Translations under genes and position numbers: made by a program | Source: Sphyrna mokarran | Lineage: Eukaryota | NCBI GenBank assembly: GCA_024679065.1 | Contig: JAGIQG010000008.1 | Span: 97,092,001-97,156,000, forward strand | DNA length: 64,000 nt | Reading direction: 5' to 3' | In this document: positions 11,701-26,700 of the stretch, piece by piece | How the letters are laid out: the number at the start of each line of letters is the position of its first letter | Position numbering within the stretch: the first letter of the stretch is position 1 | Notes under the pieces: model-generated | Told to the model about the DNA's origin: nothing | Database searches by the model: none | What the model saw: only the letters and a program-made list of their open reading frames with translations

Positions 11701-14700
11701 CTCCATGCAGAAAAAGAAGCATCCACAATACTCTCTGCCTTCTGCAGGCAAGCCAGTTCCGGATCCACAGGGCCAATGCCCCTTGGATCCCGTGCCCTCT
11801 CACCTTCTCAAGAAGTCTTGCATGGGGGGACCTTATCAAACGCCTTGCTGAAATCCATGTAAACCACATCCACTGCTCTTCCTTCATTAATGTGTTCAGT
11901 CACATTTTCAAAGAACTCCACTAGACTCGTGAGGCACGATCTGTCCTTGACAAAACCGTGTTGACTATTTCTAATCAAGCTAAACTTCTCTAAATGCTCG
12001 TAAATCCTGTACCTCAGGATCCTCTCCATCAACTTACCCACCACTGAGTTTGGACTCACTGGTGGGTAATTTCCCGGGCTATCCCTGTTCCCTTTCTTGA
12101 AAATAGGAACCACATTTGCAATCTTCCAGTCCTTCGGAACCTCTCCCATCTCCATTGACAATGCAGAGATCATCCCAATGAGCCTCGATCACCATTCATT
12201 AAGATCATGGCTGATCTGATAGTGGCCTTAGCTCAACGATTCCCAAACTGCTTCTCATTTTGGGGGTTCAAAATTGTCATGACCCCCTCAGTGACAGCTG
12301 AAGAAAATGGAATGGGGGGGTGGTATTGCAGTACTCCTTTCCACTTTCACATATTTTGAAAAATTTACGTTTCCATTTAGTCTTTGGAGAAATGATCTGG
12401 CCTCAAGCATCAAGCATTTAGACCATACCCACCATCAAAAAAGTGGCGATTTAAAGGGACTTCAGAGCTGTTGATGTCCACAACAGACATTGCCTCTGAA
12501 GACCTTGCAACTCCAGAATCACGACTCGTAACCCTTCCAGTTCCGAAAGCCATGCTTCAACTCCATTTGCCTGCCTGACCTCACAACTCTTGACTCCCTT
12601 GTCAATGAAAACTCTAATTCAGCCTTGAGTATACATAATGACATAGCTCTATGGGCAAGAAGTTCCTGGAATACTGAAAACAGTTTTGGTTCCTTATCGA
12701 AGGAAAGATATGCTGGCATTGAAGGCAGTCCAGAGAAAGTTTATTAGGTTCGTCCTGGCTACACATTTTTTTATGAGGAGTGGTTGAGTAGTTTGGGTCT
12801 GTACTCTTTGAAATTTGGAAGAATGAGGTGACCTTATTGAAACATATGGGATTTTCAGGGGGCTTGAAGGTTGTTTTCGTCTTTGGGGGAGGTTAGGATC
12901 AGAACACGTACTCTCAGAGTAAGAGGTCACCCATTTAAGACAATGGTGAGGAGGATTTTTTTTCTCTCAGGAGGGTAGTGAATCTGTGAACTTACTTACT
13001 ACAGAGAGCTATAGAGACTGGATAATAAAGAATATTAAAGACCAAGATAGACATTTTTTTTCCCCAGTATGGGAATTGAGAGTTTTGGAGTTAAGGTGTG
13101 TAAGTGAAGTTGAGGATTGTTACATCAATTAGTCACGATCTCATTCAATGGTGGAACAGACTTAATGGACTAAATGGCCTACATCTGTTCCTACATTTAA
13201 CGCAAAAGTTACCAACCACGGAATTTCCAGTCTCTGACTTCCTCTTGAAGTGACAATATTTATACGACTAGTTCAGTTTCTGGTCAATGGCAAACCCCAG
13301 CATGCCAGCAGTGGGGGAAATTCAGAGATGGTAATATCATTGAAAGGTAAGGGGACTCTGTCTTGTTGGAGATGGCCATTGTATTGAATGTTACTTGCCA
13401 TATATGACAGGATGGGATGTACTCAAGGTTACTGTGGGAGGTGAGGGAAGTGATTTCAGAGCCCATTGGGAGATTGGGCTAGTCCTACCCCTATTTCTTA
13501 TAGACCCACAGCCTGTCTCCAAGTACAAGGGACAAGTCAGGAGTGTGATGGACTTCTCTTCACTTCTGGATGAGTAGGACTGCAAAGCTCAAAAAGCTCA
13601 AAACTATTAAGGACAAAGCAATCAGCAACCCATCTACCGACTTTGTACACATACTCCTTCATCAGGTGTACACAGTAGCAGAATGCATATCATTTGCTGC
13701 TTACAGTGCAGCAACTTGCCAAGCTTCCTTGCCCAGCACTTTTCCAATATATAATCACTACTAGCTAAAGAACAACAACAGTAAATATGGGCAGTAGCAC
13801 CATTTGCAAATTCCCTCCAACTTGCATACAATCCTGACTTGCATCCTGGAACTCCTTCTCTCACAATATTGTGTGTGTACCTACACCAGACAGACCATAA
13901 CAGTTCAAGAAAGTAACTCACCACCACTTTCTTGGGGGAAATTAGGTATAGGCAACTACTATTAGAACATAAGAAGTAGGAGTAGGCCATCTAGCCCCTT
14001 AAGCCTGCCCTGCCATTCAATAAGATCATGGCTGATCTGAAAGTGGTTCAGTTCCACTTGCCTGTTTGCTCCCCCTATCCCTTAATTCCCTTATTGATCA
14101 GAAACCTATCTACCTGTAACTTAAACATATTCAACGAGGTAGTCTCCACAACTTTAGTGGGCAGAGAATTCCAGAGATTCACTACCCTCTGAGAAAAGAA
14201 GTTCCTCCTCAACTCTGTTCTAAATTGCTCCCCCCCCCCAATTTTGAGGCTGTGTCCTCTGGTTCTTGTTACTTTTCTAAGTGGAAAGAAACTGTCTACC
14301 TCTACCCTTTCTAGCTCCTTCATTATCTTATATGTCTCGATAAGATTATCCCTCAGCCTTCTAAACTCCCAACAAGTACAGGCCCAATCTATTCAATATC
14401 CCCTTGGAAGCTAACCCCCTCATCTCCAGTATCAACCTAGTGAACCTTCTCTGTACTCCCTCCAAGACCAATGTATCCTTTCACAAATGAGAGGACCAAA
14501 ATTGCACATAGTACTCTAATTGCGGTCTCACCAGTACCTTATACTGATGTTGTACTGGTAACAATATTGTCTTTGCCAGGGATTTCCACATCCCATTAAA
14601 GTGTTTTTTAAAAATCACATTAGGGAATCGTAGATATGATTTGTGTATAATTGTTTCATTGCAGTGTTTTGAAGATGAATATCTGAAATGTACTGTTCCA

Positions 14701-17700
14701 CTTTCAATAGTACATTTTGAATCTCTTTTATTTCTAGCTTTGACAATTGAACAATTGTACTAATATTTAATGCTCTGTTTATTTAGAAACTTTGGAAGTG
14801 ACAATATTTGCAAACCCAAAGAGTGTCTTAGTGAATGAAGATATTTCCCTGGAATGTAAGTTTTCTGGCTATAATGTCGCAGACTTCAACCTAAAAAATG
14901 TAGGTGTCCAATGGCTTGGGCCCAACAATCAGGACATCTATCTCTTTAATGGAGGAACTGTTTCTGCAAAAAGAATTGGAGCAAAAATGTCAACAGCCGC
15001 ATTACAGAAGGGAGATGCTTCACTTCATCTTCCGAAAATACAGCTTGCTGAAGAAGGGGAGTACACTTGTACTGTGTTTGTCACACCTGATAAGGTGGAA
15101 AAGAAATCAAGATTGGAAGTCTCAGGTAAGACTCTTTTCAATGCTATCTCTGATATTAGGGAAATGTTAAGCTAGAGCTATAAAATAAGCAGGTTCCAAT
15201 TGGATTCAGTGGCTCCTTGGGTTGACACGACACCTGTGAAGCCTGCGGGCATGATCTTACTGCCTCACCACAATGATCAGCTGCCGCAGCGAGCCAGTAA
15301 GGTTGTGTGCTGGATGAAAAATCCAGTTTGTGCTGCCAATTGAAATATTATTAATAATCATTAACAAGTCCTGCACAGCATTGTCCTGGCTCGCCAACAT
15401 TTAAACTCCTCACTGGTTGGTCCTTGCGCTGGCAACAGTCACAGCTGGTCTCCAGGTGCTATGGCCTCATGACAATGGAAGGGAATCACGAGGCCATCGG
15501 AGTCCCCAAGTAGTTGGGGGCATGACTGGGCATGGCCCAATGGGCACTCTGACATTGCCCATCAGGTGCAGTACCAAAGGGTGGGGCCTCATTTGGGATG
15601 GGGCCTGAGTGGGACAGAGGCCAGGGAGAATTTCATTTGAGGGGCGGGGGAAAGCAGAAGCTCATTCGGCATTTGGAGTTTCTTTTGTAATATGGCACCC
15701 TGGGTCTTGATGCAGCGCACGCTGATGGAGTAATGTTCTGATCCATCTCCTAGTAGTGTGTGTGTAGAATTAATTTGAAGAGTCTTATTTTTGGGATGAA
15801 ATTTGGCAATTTCATCTCTCAGATCAGCAAAATAAGCAGTGTGGGAAACTGAAAACTTAGAATGGTGCAGTCGGGATACTTAAGGTTACTTAAGGTGAGG
15901 TTGAATGTTGAGGTCGACTAGAAGAACCTTATTTGGTAACAACACAAATTGTAATATTTGTTTTTTGACATTGGATTAAAGCAATTGGAAAATCTGCCCA
16001 ATGCCCAATTGTAAATGAGCTCAAAAATGCCCAAAAGCTTTATCAAGCAGAGTGCTGTGACAACCTAAACTGCTCAGAACAGTGAAATAATAAGCAGCAC
16101 AAGAAATGCGCAACAGCCACAAAGGAACTGCAACCTAAGACAAACAATGAGAATACTGCTAGTTTTGAATAAACAAAGTGGGAGAAAATGGCAAGTTATG
16201 AACACAATTCCAAGAGTATTACTATAAAACGTAATTTTTTTAAAAGTTGCACAAAAAGTTGATAGATTGAGCATGGCACAAAGACACAGTGATTTGCACT
16301 GTTGCCTCACAGTGCCAAGGGAACCTGGCCTCAGGGAAATTTCTGTGTGGAGTTTGCACGTTCTCCCTGAGACTGCATGTATTTCCTCTGATTGTTCCAG
16401 TTTCCGCCCAAATTCCAAAGATGTGCACTTTAAGTTGATTGGTCATGTTCACTTACCCTTTACTGTCAGGGAGGTTAGCAGAATAAATAGGTGGGGATAG
16501 GACCTGGGTGCGATTATTGTCAGGTCAAGCTCGATGAGCTGAATGACTTCTTACTGCACTGTAGGGATTCTGAGAAATCTAGAAATCTTTGTCACCATTC
16601 TCTCTCAATCTGTGTGCATTATTTCTATTGCTCTGAAAAATCTGTGTCCACTGAGAAGGGCAATTTCTGCAGCAGTTCTTTGCAGATTCTATTCATGAAG
16701 ATATTGTCTACTTCCCGTTGTCCAGAATTTAGAAAATTTCAATATGGAAAACTGCAAAGATCAATATTGGGGCCTTAGCTATTTACAATCTATGTTAATG
16801 GCTTAGACAAAAAGATGGTGAAAAATGTATGTAGGTTTGTTGATTTTAAAGAGCTAGATTAGAATGCATACTTTTTAAAAGGCATGAAATTTATGTTTAC
16901 TTGTATAGCTAACACAAAAGCTCAGCATGCAGGTACAATAAACAGGAAAGCAAATGGTTTGTTACCCTTTACTGCACAGAGACTGGAGTACAAGAATAGA
17001 GTCTTAAAGTTGTATTGTATTTTTGTTTATTTACTGGTGTCACAAGAAGGCTTACATTAACACTGCGATGAAGTTATTGTGAAAATCTCCTAGTCACCAC
17101 ATACCTGTTTGGGTACACTGAGGAAGAATTTAGTGTAGTCAATGTACCAAAACCAGCATGTCTTTTGGATTGTGGGGGGAAAGCTGTGCAGACGCGGGGA
17201 GAACGTGCAGAGTCCACACAGTCACCCAAACCAGAAGTCAAACTCGGATCCCTGATGCTGTGAGACTGCAGTGTTAACCGCTATGCCTCTATGTGGAATA
17301 CTGCAAGCAGCTTCCATCTCTGTACTTGAGGAAGGATATACTTCCATTGGAGGTGAAAAGGTTGATAATCACATGAGTTTAAAAATCCCACAAGCTGCTA
17401 TGAGAAAATCCAGAGATCTTTATAAAAGTCACAGTAAATAGTAAAGACAATTCACACCACTTTAACTTGTGTTTAACCTCTCTCCACTCACATTATCTGC
17501 ATTTGTAAAGAATTAATTACCTGTTAAGACTCGCGTTCCAACCGTTATCTTGTAATTGAGTTTGTATCTATATATGCCATGTTTGTGAACTGAACTCTTC
17601 ACTCATCTGATAAGGGGCTATGCTCCAAAAGCTCGTGCTACCAAATAAACCTGTTGGACTTTAACTTGGTATGTGAGACTACTTATGCACCTGCCCCAGT

Positions 17701-20700
17701 CCAATGCCAGCAACTCCACTTTATAAAAGTCAACACAGATAATCGGCAAGGCCTTTATTAAATGGGACATCTGGAGATGGGAGAAGGGAATGATTTCTTC
17801 AGACAAACTGGGACATCAATGATAATTTGTAACAATGATGAATTAAGTTAGTTAACATGATTAAATCTTCATGCTGATTGGATATTATTTTTAAGCAGGC
17901 ATGTAAAGATTGTGATTGCTTTTAATATCTGCATCTTATGTATAATGTAATCTTAATAGATAGAGAGAACTCCATACTTTGATAGTATAGTTGCTTGGCC
18001 TGAATTCTGTGCTCTGGGTAGATACAGATTGTGACCTGTGATCTTACAGGGTCCTTGCTATAACTTAGAATTAAAACAGCTGTTTAAGAGAACACTGTGA
18101 CTCTTTGAAGGAATCAAAGTTGTGAACAATTTAAAGGTGGAACATCAAAGCCATGACAGCAAGAGTTCACTTGATTGATTCCTGTGATGAGAAGATTTCC
18201 TATGATGTAAGATTGAATACATTAGGTCTATACACTCTGGAAATACAAGAACTCAGAGGTGATGTTAAGAAGGCATATGGAGTCTTAGCTTTTATTGGTA
18301 GGGGGATTGAATTTCGGAGCCACAACGTCATGTTGCAACTGTACAAAACTCTAGTGCGGCCGCACTTGGAGTATTGTGTGCAGTTCTGGTCCCCACATTA
18401 TAAGCAAGATGTGGAGGCATTGGAGAGGGTACAGAGGAGGTTTACCAGGATGTTGCCTGGTATGGAGGGCAGGTCTTATAAGAGAGGCTGAGGGATTTGA
18501 GGTTGTTTTCGTTAGAAAGAAGGCGGCTAAGAGGAAACGTCATTGAAACATATAAGATGATTAGAGGTTTAGATAGGGTGGACAGTGATAGCCTTTTTCC
18601 TAGGATGGAGAAAGCTAGCACGAGGGACACAGCTTTAAATTAAGGGGTGATAGTTATAGGACGGATATCAGAGGTAGGTTCTTTACCCAAAGGGTGGTTC
18701 GGGAGTGGAATGCCCTGCCTGCAGCATTTGTAGATGCACCAAGTTTGGTGGCGTTTAAGAGGTTAGTTGATAAGTATATGGAAGAGAAGGGAATGGTTTA
18801 GTTTGGAGGGGCACTGCTTTTTATATTGGTCGGCGCAACATCGAAGGCCGAAGGGCCTGTTCTGTGCTGTAGTGTTCTATGTTCTATGTTCTATGTTATT
18901 GAAACAATCAAGATTATGGAGGGGCTAAGCAGCAAAAAGGTACCCGAAGGACTGAGATGAGGAGAAATTTCTTCATTAAGGGTTGCAGATTTTTGGAAGT
19001 CTTGATCCCCAAGAGTTGTGATGCTCCATTATTGAATATGTTTAAGGCTGAGATACGCAGAGTTTTGGTGTTGCAGGGAACTGAAGGATATGAGGAGTGG
19101 GTAAGATGGTTAAGTTGAAGTGGAGGATCAGCTATAATCATTTTAGATGCAAAGAGGCCATATAGTCTCCTGCTCCTCTTATGTTGTATTTCAAAAGAAC
19201 GCATTGTACTACAAATAGTTCTAAGCTATGGTTCCTTAACTATAAATTATTTAATTAACCCCTTTGTGACCTTGGCCTTTCATAGCTCTGTAATCTCCTG
19301 CAGGTTTTGCAAACCCCATACAGAATGCACTTTCTTTGGCTGCAACCTCCTTCATTCCAGTATTCTTTGTAATCCAAGTCCTTTCATTTTGGTATTTCCT
19401 ACCAAAGCATCTCGTGTTAGTTCAATCTCATTTAGTAGCACTTGTACCTTTCAGTCAGTTGCTTGTGATTTTGTCTCCCACTCCAGAACTTGAATCAAAT
19501 AATTAAAAGCTGATACTGCATTGTGCATCACTGAGAGAAGTCCACACCGTCAGAGGTGTGATATCTCTAAGATACTGAATGAAGGCCCTAACGATCTCTC
19601 AGAGATAGTGCTGTGTCATCCTTTAAATCCACCTGAGAAGAATGGAAGAGTTACTTTTAGGAAAACTAATGTTCTGGTCATTCCCACATTGTTTGTGGGA
19701 GATGGTTGTGTGCAAATTGGCTGCCTTGATTCCTACGTTACAACAGTTGCACTTCAAACATACTTAATTGATCGTAAAAATGATCATTGGATTTAGAGAT
19801 GATTTATAAACTGCATGTATTTTTTCTTGCACTTCCTTCTTATGAAGGTCAGGTAAAGATATTTTATCTCTCTTTTTCCATTCCTCCCCAAGCTTATTAG
19901 TGATGGATGAATCTAGAATGTTTCCATCCAAATTTGAGATTCATTTACTTTGGGTATAATTGTACACCATCTTGTAGAAACCTTTATGAGTGGATAGCTG
20001 AAGTGTTGTTTTTGGTACATGGTTGAATGGAATAACTTAGAATAACTTTAGCCTATCTGACCTATTATATTTATCTTAATGCAGCTCAGCCAATGGTCAA
20101 TTTATCCACAGAAGATATCAACATTTTGATTGGATCTGAGGGGACCTTGAGTTGTGATGTTACGGGATTTTATCCTAAACAGCATGAACTCATCTGGCAA
20201 AAAATTTCAAACAAAGGCTCTAAGGAACCAAAGGAACTGAAAGAAAATATCTGCACTAGTGCCACCACTCCCAGTAATAAAGGAACATTCAGTGTTTCGA
20301 GCAGAATAACAATAATACCAGCATTGGATGATAATGGAGATGTGTATAGATGTTTTGTGACTCACCGATCAGCTCCTCCTAATGGCATTTCACGAGACAG
20401 TACACTCACAGTGATAGGTATGTTCCTTTCTTTGCTAAAGATTTTTCAATGTGTTTTTATTAAAGCTTACAAACATTTAAGCCTATTTATTACCATTGGA
20501 TTTCTACTTCAATTTGCATCTGACGTAAAACAGGAATTCATCCTTTATTATTCCACAACTAAATGATTGTATGCAATAATTATTTGAATTAACCAGACAA
20601 AATTTAGCAATGATATGGGTTTTAAATGTTGTTTAATTGTACCACGTGCTGGACTTGTGTGCACATTGCTTTTAAAGTCAGTTTTATTAAACTGCTTGTC

Positions 20701-23700
20701 ACCATTAAGAATAGAATAAGAATAGAAGATTGGGTAGGACAAGATTAGGGCCACTCATAGACAGCAGTGGGAAGTTGTGCGTGGAGCCTGAAGAGATTGG
20801 AGAGGCACTGAATAAATATTTCTCTTCGGTATTCACGCAGGGTGATGTAAATGTAGTTATGGAGAACACTGAGGTACAGGGTAGCAAACTGGGAAGTATT
20901 GAAGTAGATAGGGAGGATGTGCTAGATATTCTCGAGGGTTTGAAGTTGGATAAGTCCCCTGGGCCGGACGGGATTTTCCCTAGGATGCTCTGGGAGGCAA
21001 GAGAGGAGATTGCAGAGCCTCTGGCTCTGATCTTCAGGTCCTCGTTGGTTACGGGTGTGGTTCCGGAGGACTGGAGAATAGCGAATGTGGTCCCATTGTT
21101 TAAGAAGGGGAAGAGAGACCTTCCAGGGAATTATAGGCCAGTGAGTCTTACTTATGTTGTGGGCAAGGTATTGGAGAGAATTATTAGGGATAGGATTTAT
21201 AGTTATTTAGAGAGAAATGAATTGATTGGGGATAGTCAGCATGGGTTTGTGAAGGGTAGGTCGTGCCTTACTAACCTCATTGAGTTTTTTGAAAAAGTGA
21301 CTAAGAGGTGGATGGGGGTAAGGCGGTTGATGTGGTATATATGGACTTTAGTAAGGCGTTTGATAAGGTGGCCCATGGAAGACTTCTGCAGAAAATGCAG
21401 ATGTAGGGGATGGAGGGTGATTTAGCTAATTGGGTTAGGAATTGGCTAGCAGATAGAAGACAGAGGGTGGTGGTTGATGGGAGATATTCATCTTGGAATT
21501 CGGTGACAAGTGGTGTACCTCAGGGGTCTGTTTTGGGGCCCCTACTGTTTGTAATTTTTATAAATGATCTGGATGAGGGTATTGAAGGATGGATTAGTAA
21601 ATTTGCAGATGACACTAAAGTCGGTGGAGTGGTAGATAGTGAAGAGGGGTGTTATAGTTTGCAGACAGACTTGGACAAGTTGCAGATCTGGGCCGAGAGG
21701 TGGCAAATGGAGTTTAATGTGGAAAAGTGTGAGGTAATGCACTATGGCAGGAATAATAAATGTGTAGAGTATAGGGCTAATGGTAGGATTCTTAGTAGTG
21801 CTGATGAACAGAGGGATCTTGGTGTCTATGTGCGTAGATCCCTGAAAGTAGGCAGTCAAGTCGAGAAGGTTGTTAAGAAAGCTTATGGAGTCTTCGCTTT
21901 TATTGGTACGGGGATTGAATTTCGGAGCCACAACGTCATGTTGCAACTGTACAAAACTCTGGTGCGGCCGCACTTGGAGTATTGTGTGCAGTTCTGGTCC
22001 CCGCATTATAAGAAAGATGTGGAGGCATTGGAGAGGGTACAGAGGAGGTTTACCAGGATGTTGCCTGGTATGGAGGGCAGGTCTTATGTAGAGAGGCTGA
22101 GGGATTTGAGGTTGTTTTCGTTAGAAAGGAGGCGGCTAAGAGGGAACCTAATCGAAACATATAAGATGATTAGAGGTTTAGATAGGGTGGACAGTGATAG
22201 CCTTTTTCCTAGGATGGAGAAAGCTAGCACGAGGGGACACAGCTTTAAATTAAGGGGTGATAGTTATAGGACGGATATCAGAGGTAGGTTCTTTACCCAA
22301 ATGGTGGTTCGGGAGTGGAATGCCCTGCCTGCGGCAGTTGTAGATGCGCCAAGTTTGGTGGCATTTAAGAGGTTAGTTGATAAGTTTATGGAAGAGAAGG
22401 GAATGGTTTAGTTTGGAGGGGCATTGCTTTTTATATTGGTCGGCGCAACATCGAGGGCCTGTTCTTTGCTGTAATGTTCTATGTTCTATTAGTTGAACAG
22501 GCTTATCTTTAAATAAGTGAAACCTGCTTGTGCCCATGTATAGTGTTTAAGTCAGTTTGAGAATATTGGAAATTAGGAGAATAATGAATACCATGAGATC
22601 CCATTTAATGGTTGGATTCCTGAAAACTTTGATGTGAAACAACCTTGATTTCTATGGGAACTCAATGGTGAAGCTGGAGTTTAGTTTTCCTCGGCGAAAT
22701 GTGTCTCTCAGAACGCATGAAAAAGCTTTACCACACATGTACACTACTGTGCATTCCTAGCTGAGTAATTTGAAAAATAAAATAAATCATCGAACCTAGT
22801 AGAAATATGTATGAATTCAGATTAGATAACTCTAAATCAACCAAACAAACCCTGAGTAACATAGCTTCTGTGTCTCCCCACAGAAACTCAGCTCAATTTT
22901 TTTGCTTGCTTTCCTTTTGCACACTGTGTCAGTCTCCTCTCCCATTCTGTCTGTCTCTTTCTTTTCCTAATCCCTGTCTCGATTTACTATCCTGTCTAAT
23001 CCTCATCCTGCCCCAACCTAGAGGAGTGCTCTGACTGACTCCCAGTCTGAGGCTGCAGCTGAGTTCATTGCCTAAACTTCTTCCTGATCACCTACAGAGG
23101 CAGACTCCAATCTGGAATGTGTTGGATGGGAAGGAGATGGATTTAGCTGGCATCTCCCTTGCTGTCTCCTTCTCCACATCTCTTCCCTAGACACCCCCTC
23201 CGCACCCCCCATTCCCCGCTCATACACTTGCACCCTCAAAATTTTCATGCGCATCACCATCTAATTAGTGCACAGAAGCTTCCCACACAGAGCCAACATA
23301 CCACTGCTGTGAGTGGCACTGACTGTCCTGGCTAAGACTCTGTGTATTAGGCTCCCTGGCCTGCCCTCCTGCTCCCGGCTCCCTGGCCTTGCAATAGCCT
23401 TAACCTTTGTGAAGTTAGTGGCATAGCCAGTATCAAACTGTAGTAAGGGTAGGGACTGCCAAAGTGCAAACGATGTAAACATGAAAATGATGACACCAAG
23501 TGGAAAAAGCAGGACCAAAATATCAAGGTTTCCCTAACAGACATTAGACCAGATGGGTTTTTCCAACAATCAATTCATGGTCATTTTTAGAATTTTAATT
23601 TCTGTTGTTTTATTGAGTTGTTATATTCTACCATCTGCCATGATGGGAATCGAACCTGGTTCCCCTCTAGCTCTCAGGATTATTAGTCCATCCTCCCTGA

Positions 23701-26700
23701 AGAGTTTTGTTGCAGGATTTGCCACACCACTGGCTAAACTATTCCTGTATAATAAAAAATTTTGGCACAGATGCCAATATGCTAAATTGCCTGTCTACAA
23801 AAGAAAGGATAAATCCAAGCTAATCAATTACTGCCTCATCAGTCTACTCTCAAAAATCAGCAAAGAAGTGGAAAGCATCACTATGAAGTGCTATGAATAG
23901 GCACTTACTCAGCAATAATCTGCTCTCCGGTGTTCAGTTTGGGTTTCACTATGGGCACTCAGCTCCCGAATACATTACAGCCTTGGTCATGAATAACAGA
24001 ACTGAAACTGAGAGGGAAGATGTGAGTGACAGTTCTTGATATCATGGCAACATTTGCCCAAGTGTGCCACTAAGGAGTTCTTGAAACCTGAAGTAAGTGG
24101 GATTTGAGGAGTGGAGGGAAGCTTTCCATGGGTCAGAGTGTAATCCGCAAACAGCATTTCCCACTCATGGCTAACAAAAATCACGTGACTGGAGGCTACT
24201 TTCATGAGGGCAGTTGCCTCAGTGAATCCTAGATGACCTGCATGAAAGGTGCCACATTTGGGGTCAATATTTCCAGACTGTGAAGAAAGAAGCTTTGTCA
24301 CTGTGCAAGTTCAGGCCAAAGTTGACCATAGTTCCTTATTTGCCTGCTTAGTCTTTGGTTAAAACTGTCTTTGAAAAATCTTTACTCTAATTTCCATTAT
24401 TCTTGTTTTCACCACTTCAATATGCATGCAAATGAACTGACCTATGAAATACAGAGTAAGTATTTCTCTGGGTCGTTAGTAATTGCAGCTTATTTTCATT
24501 GGTGCAAAAGGAGTGTGGTTCACCGCATTTTTGGGTTATTTAGAGAATTTGTTAACAGCACAAGTCTGTAATTTCAGATTTCTTAAAGGCTTTCATATAT
24601 TTAAATATCTTAAATTGATTTTTTTTAAATGGAGTAATCTGAGAACACATTTGGTGCAAATGACAGTTTATTGTGGCAATTGTAGTCTAAATGCATCTGT
24701 ATTTCTTTTTCTACTTTCAGAACCTGAGGAATATTCACCACTATTAGCAGTTATTGCAAGTATAATTGGTACACTGCTAATATGTGCATTTTTGTTTGTC
24801 ACTGCAGTTTTCTACTGGTTCAGATTGAGAACAGGTAATGTATATACTGTTGAAACCTTTTTATTGTGCAGTAATTTTGTATTTGTGTGGACATTGTCCT
24901 TGTCATTCTTTTGGCCTTGTGTGCTTGTGTACCCAACAAATTGTCCAGCACAGAGTTAGAAAAAGCAACCTGGAGTTAACATTTAGCTCTGGGCAATCTG
25001 GCTGCAAATTACACACCAGTGTTTCTACAAAAATGAATTTTCATATTGTCAAATGTAAAGTGCCATCATTAATCAGTGCAATTTTGGTTTAAGAAATATT
25101 CTTTCATGTTCTTAAGCACAGTAATTTAGAATCACCAGTAACAGTATGCTGCGGTCAAGTCAAAAAGACATTCTGCCCATCACAGAAATGAATACTGTGG
25201 TATATGAATTTCAGTGCCAGTGCAATCTTTGGTATATACAAAGACTATCAGATTGTATCAAACAGCTGTTCCTTTCCGTTGTTTGCAACAGGCATGGTGC
25301 AGAGTGCAATCAACTATTATGTGCTTGCAAAACTCAAAACAATGTCAACATTAAATGTCATTCCACAATTGGACATTTGCTAAATAAACCTCAATGTTCT
25401 AAGGATTATGATGACAAGCAATTTTGCATGTACTGAAGGATATATATTGATTCACAGGGCCCTGTTCTTTGCGAACAGGTACACACATTGCGATTGTTTC
25501 AACTAAAAAAAGTATGTGACAGCAATTCACTGGTTCATTCTTCAGGATAATGCCTTGACCAGAGTCATATTGCATCGTTTAAATTGGCAGTCACCGTTAA
25601 CTGATGTGTTCTCCTTGGTGATGTCTGTACCAATCAAGAGTCCGCTTGCCAATCAATGAATATTTCATCTGATTGTGATTCGCTTTACATTTGGTATTCT
25701 TGCAAATTATCCTGATGAGTGCAAGATGAAAGAACTTGGATGAAAATGTACTTCTTTTTCAGCAATGTTGAAATTCAATACTGCCAAATGACTAACTTAG
25801 AATCAAGAAATGATACAATAGAAGTGGATTGGCTCATCGGATCCATTCTGGGTCTCTGCAGGAGATAGTTCCACTTCCTGCTCTTACCCCTCGAGCCAAT
25901 TCAGAACGATCATGACTGGTCTGATTGTGGCTTTGACTCTCTTTTCCTGCCTGACCATGGGAGCTGCACTGAAAAGTCTCCCTCCTGTTCATCACTAATC
26001 TCTGACTCCTTTCATCTTAGCCAATTTCATATCCACTGTGCCACTATCCACTTTATTCTATAGGTTTCAACTCTGTTAACAAGTCTATTAAGTAACATTG
26101 ATATAAATGTATCTATCTCCTACAACATTCCCTTTATAAATTCTCTCTGTTATCGACACAAAATAAGTTACACATAATTTGCCTTTAACAATTCTATGTT
26201 GATTTTCTGAATTAATCCACATTTATCCCAACGGATTTAGTCTTGAAACATTATTTCTAAAAGCTTCTTTATCACTCTGGTTGAATTGACTGGACTGCAA
26301 TTGCAGGATTTATCTTTTCACCTTTAGTTTTGAAGAAGGACGTAGTTTTTTATTTATTAGTGTCACAAGAAGGCTTACGTTCATGAAGTTACTATGAAAA
26401 TCCTCTAGTCACCTCACTCCAGCGCCTGTTCGGGTTCATTGAGGGAGAATTTAGCACGGGAGGAAACCAAAGACCCAAAGAAAACCCATGCAGACATGGG
26501 GAGAACATACAGACTTCACACAGGCAGTGACTCAAGTTAGGAATTGAACTTTGGTGCCTGGTGCTGTGAGGCAGCAGTGCTACTCCTGTGCCACCCAGCA
26601 TTTGCAATTCCTCTGTTCTTTCGTGCCTCTCTCATATTTCTGGACATAATGATGAAACTCTGCTGCAAATTTCAAGAAAGTGTGCATTTCTAATGTGCCC

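Noticed and set aside
20418-20566. Hydrophobic read-through of exon 3 as an alternative TM segment
   Set aside because: It follows a good G|gtatg donor; T-rich intron sequence routinely translates as hydrophobic residues, and the stretch is broken by lysines.
24483-24959. 158-aa ORF suggesting a multi-pass membrane protein
   Set aside because: Only 24721-24834 is bounded by splice sites; the rest is intron read-through.
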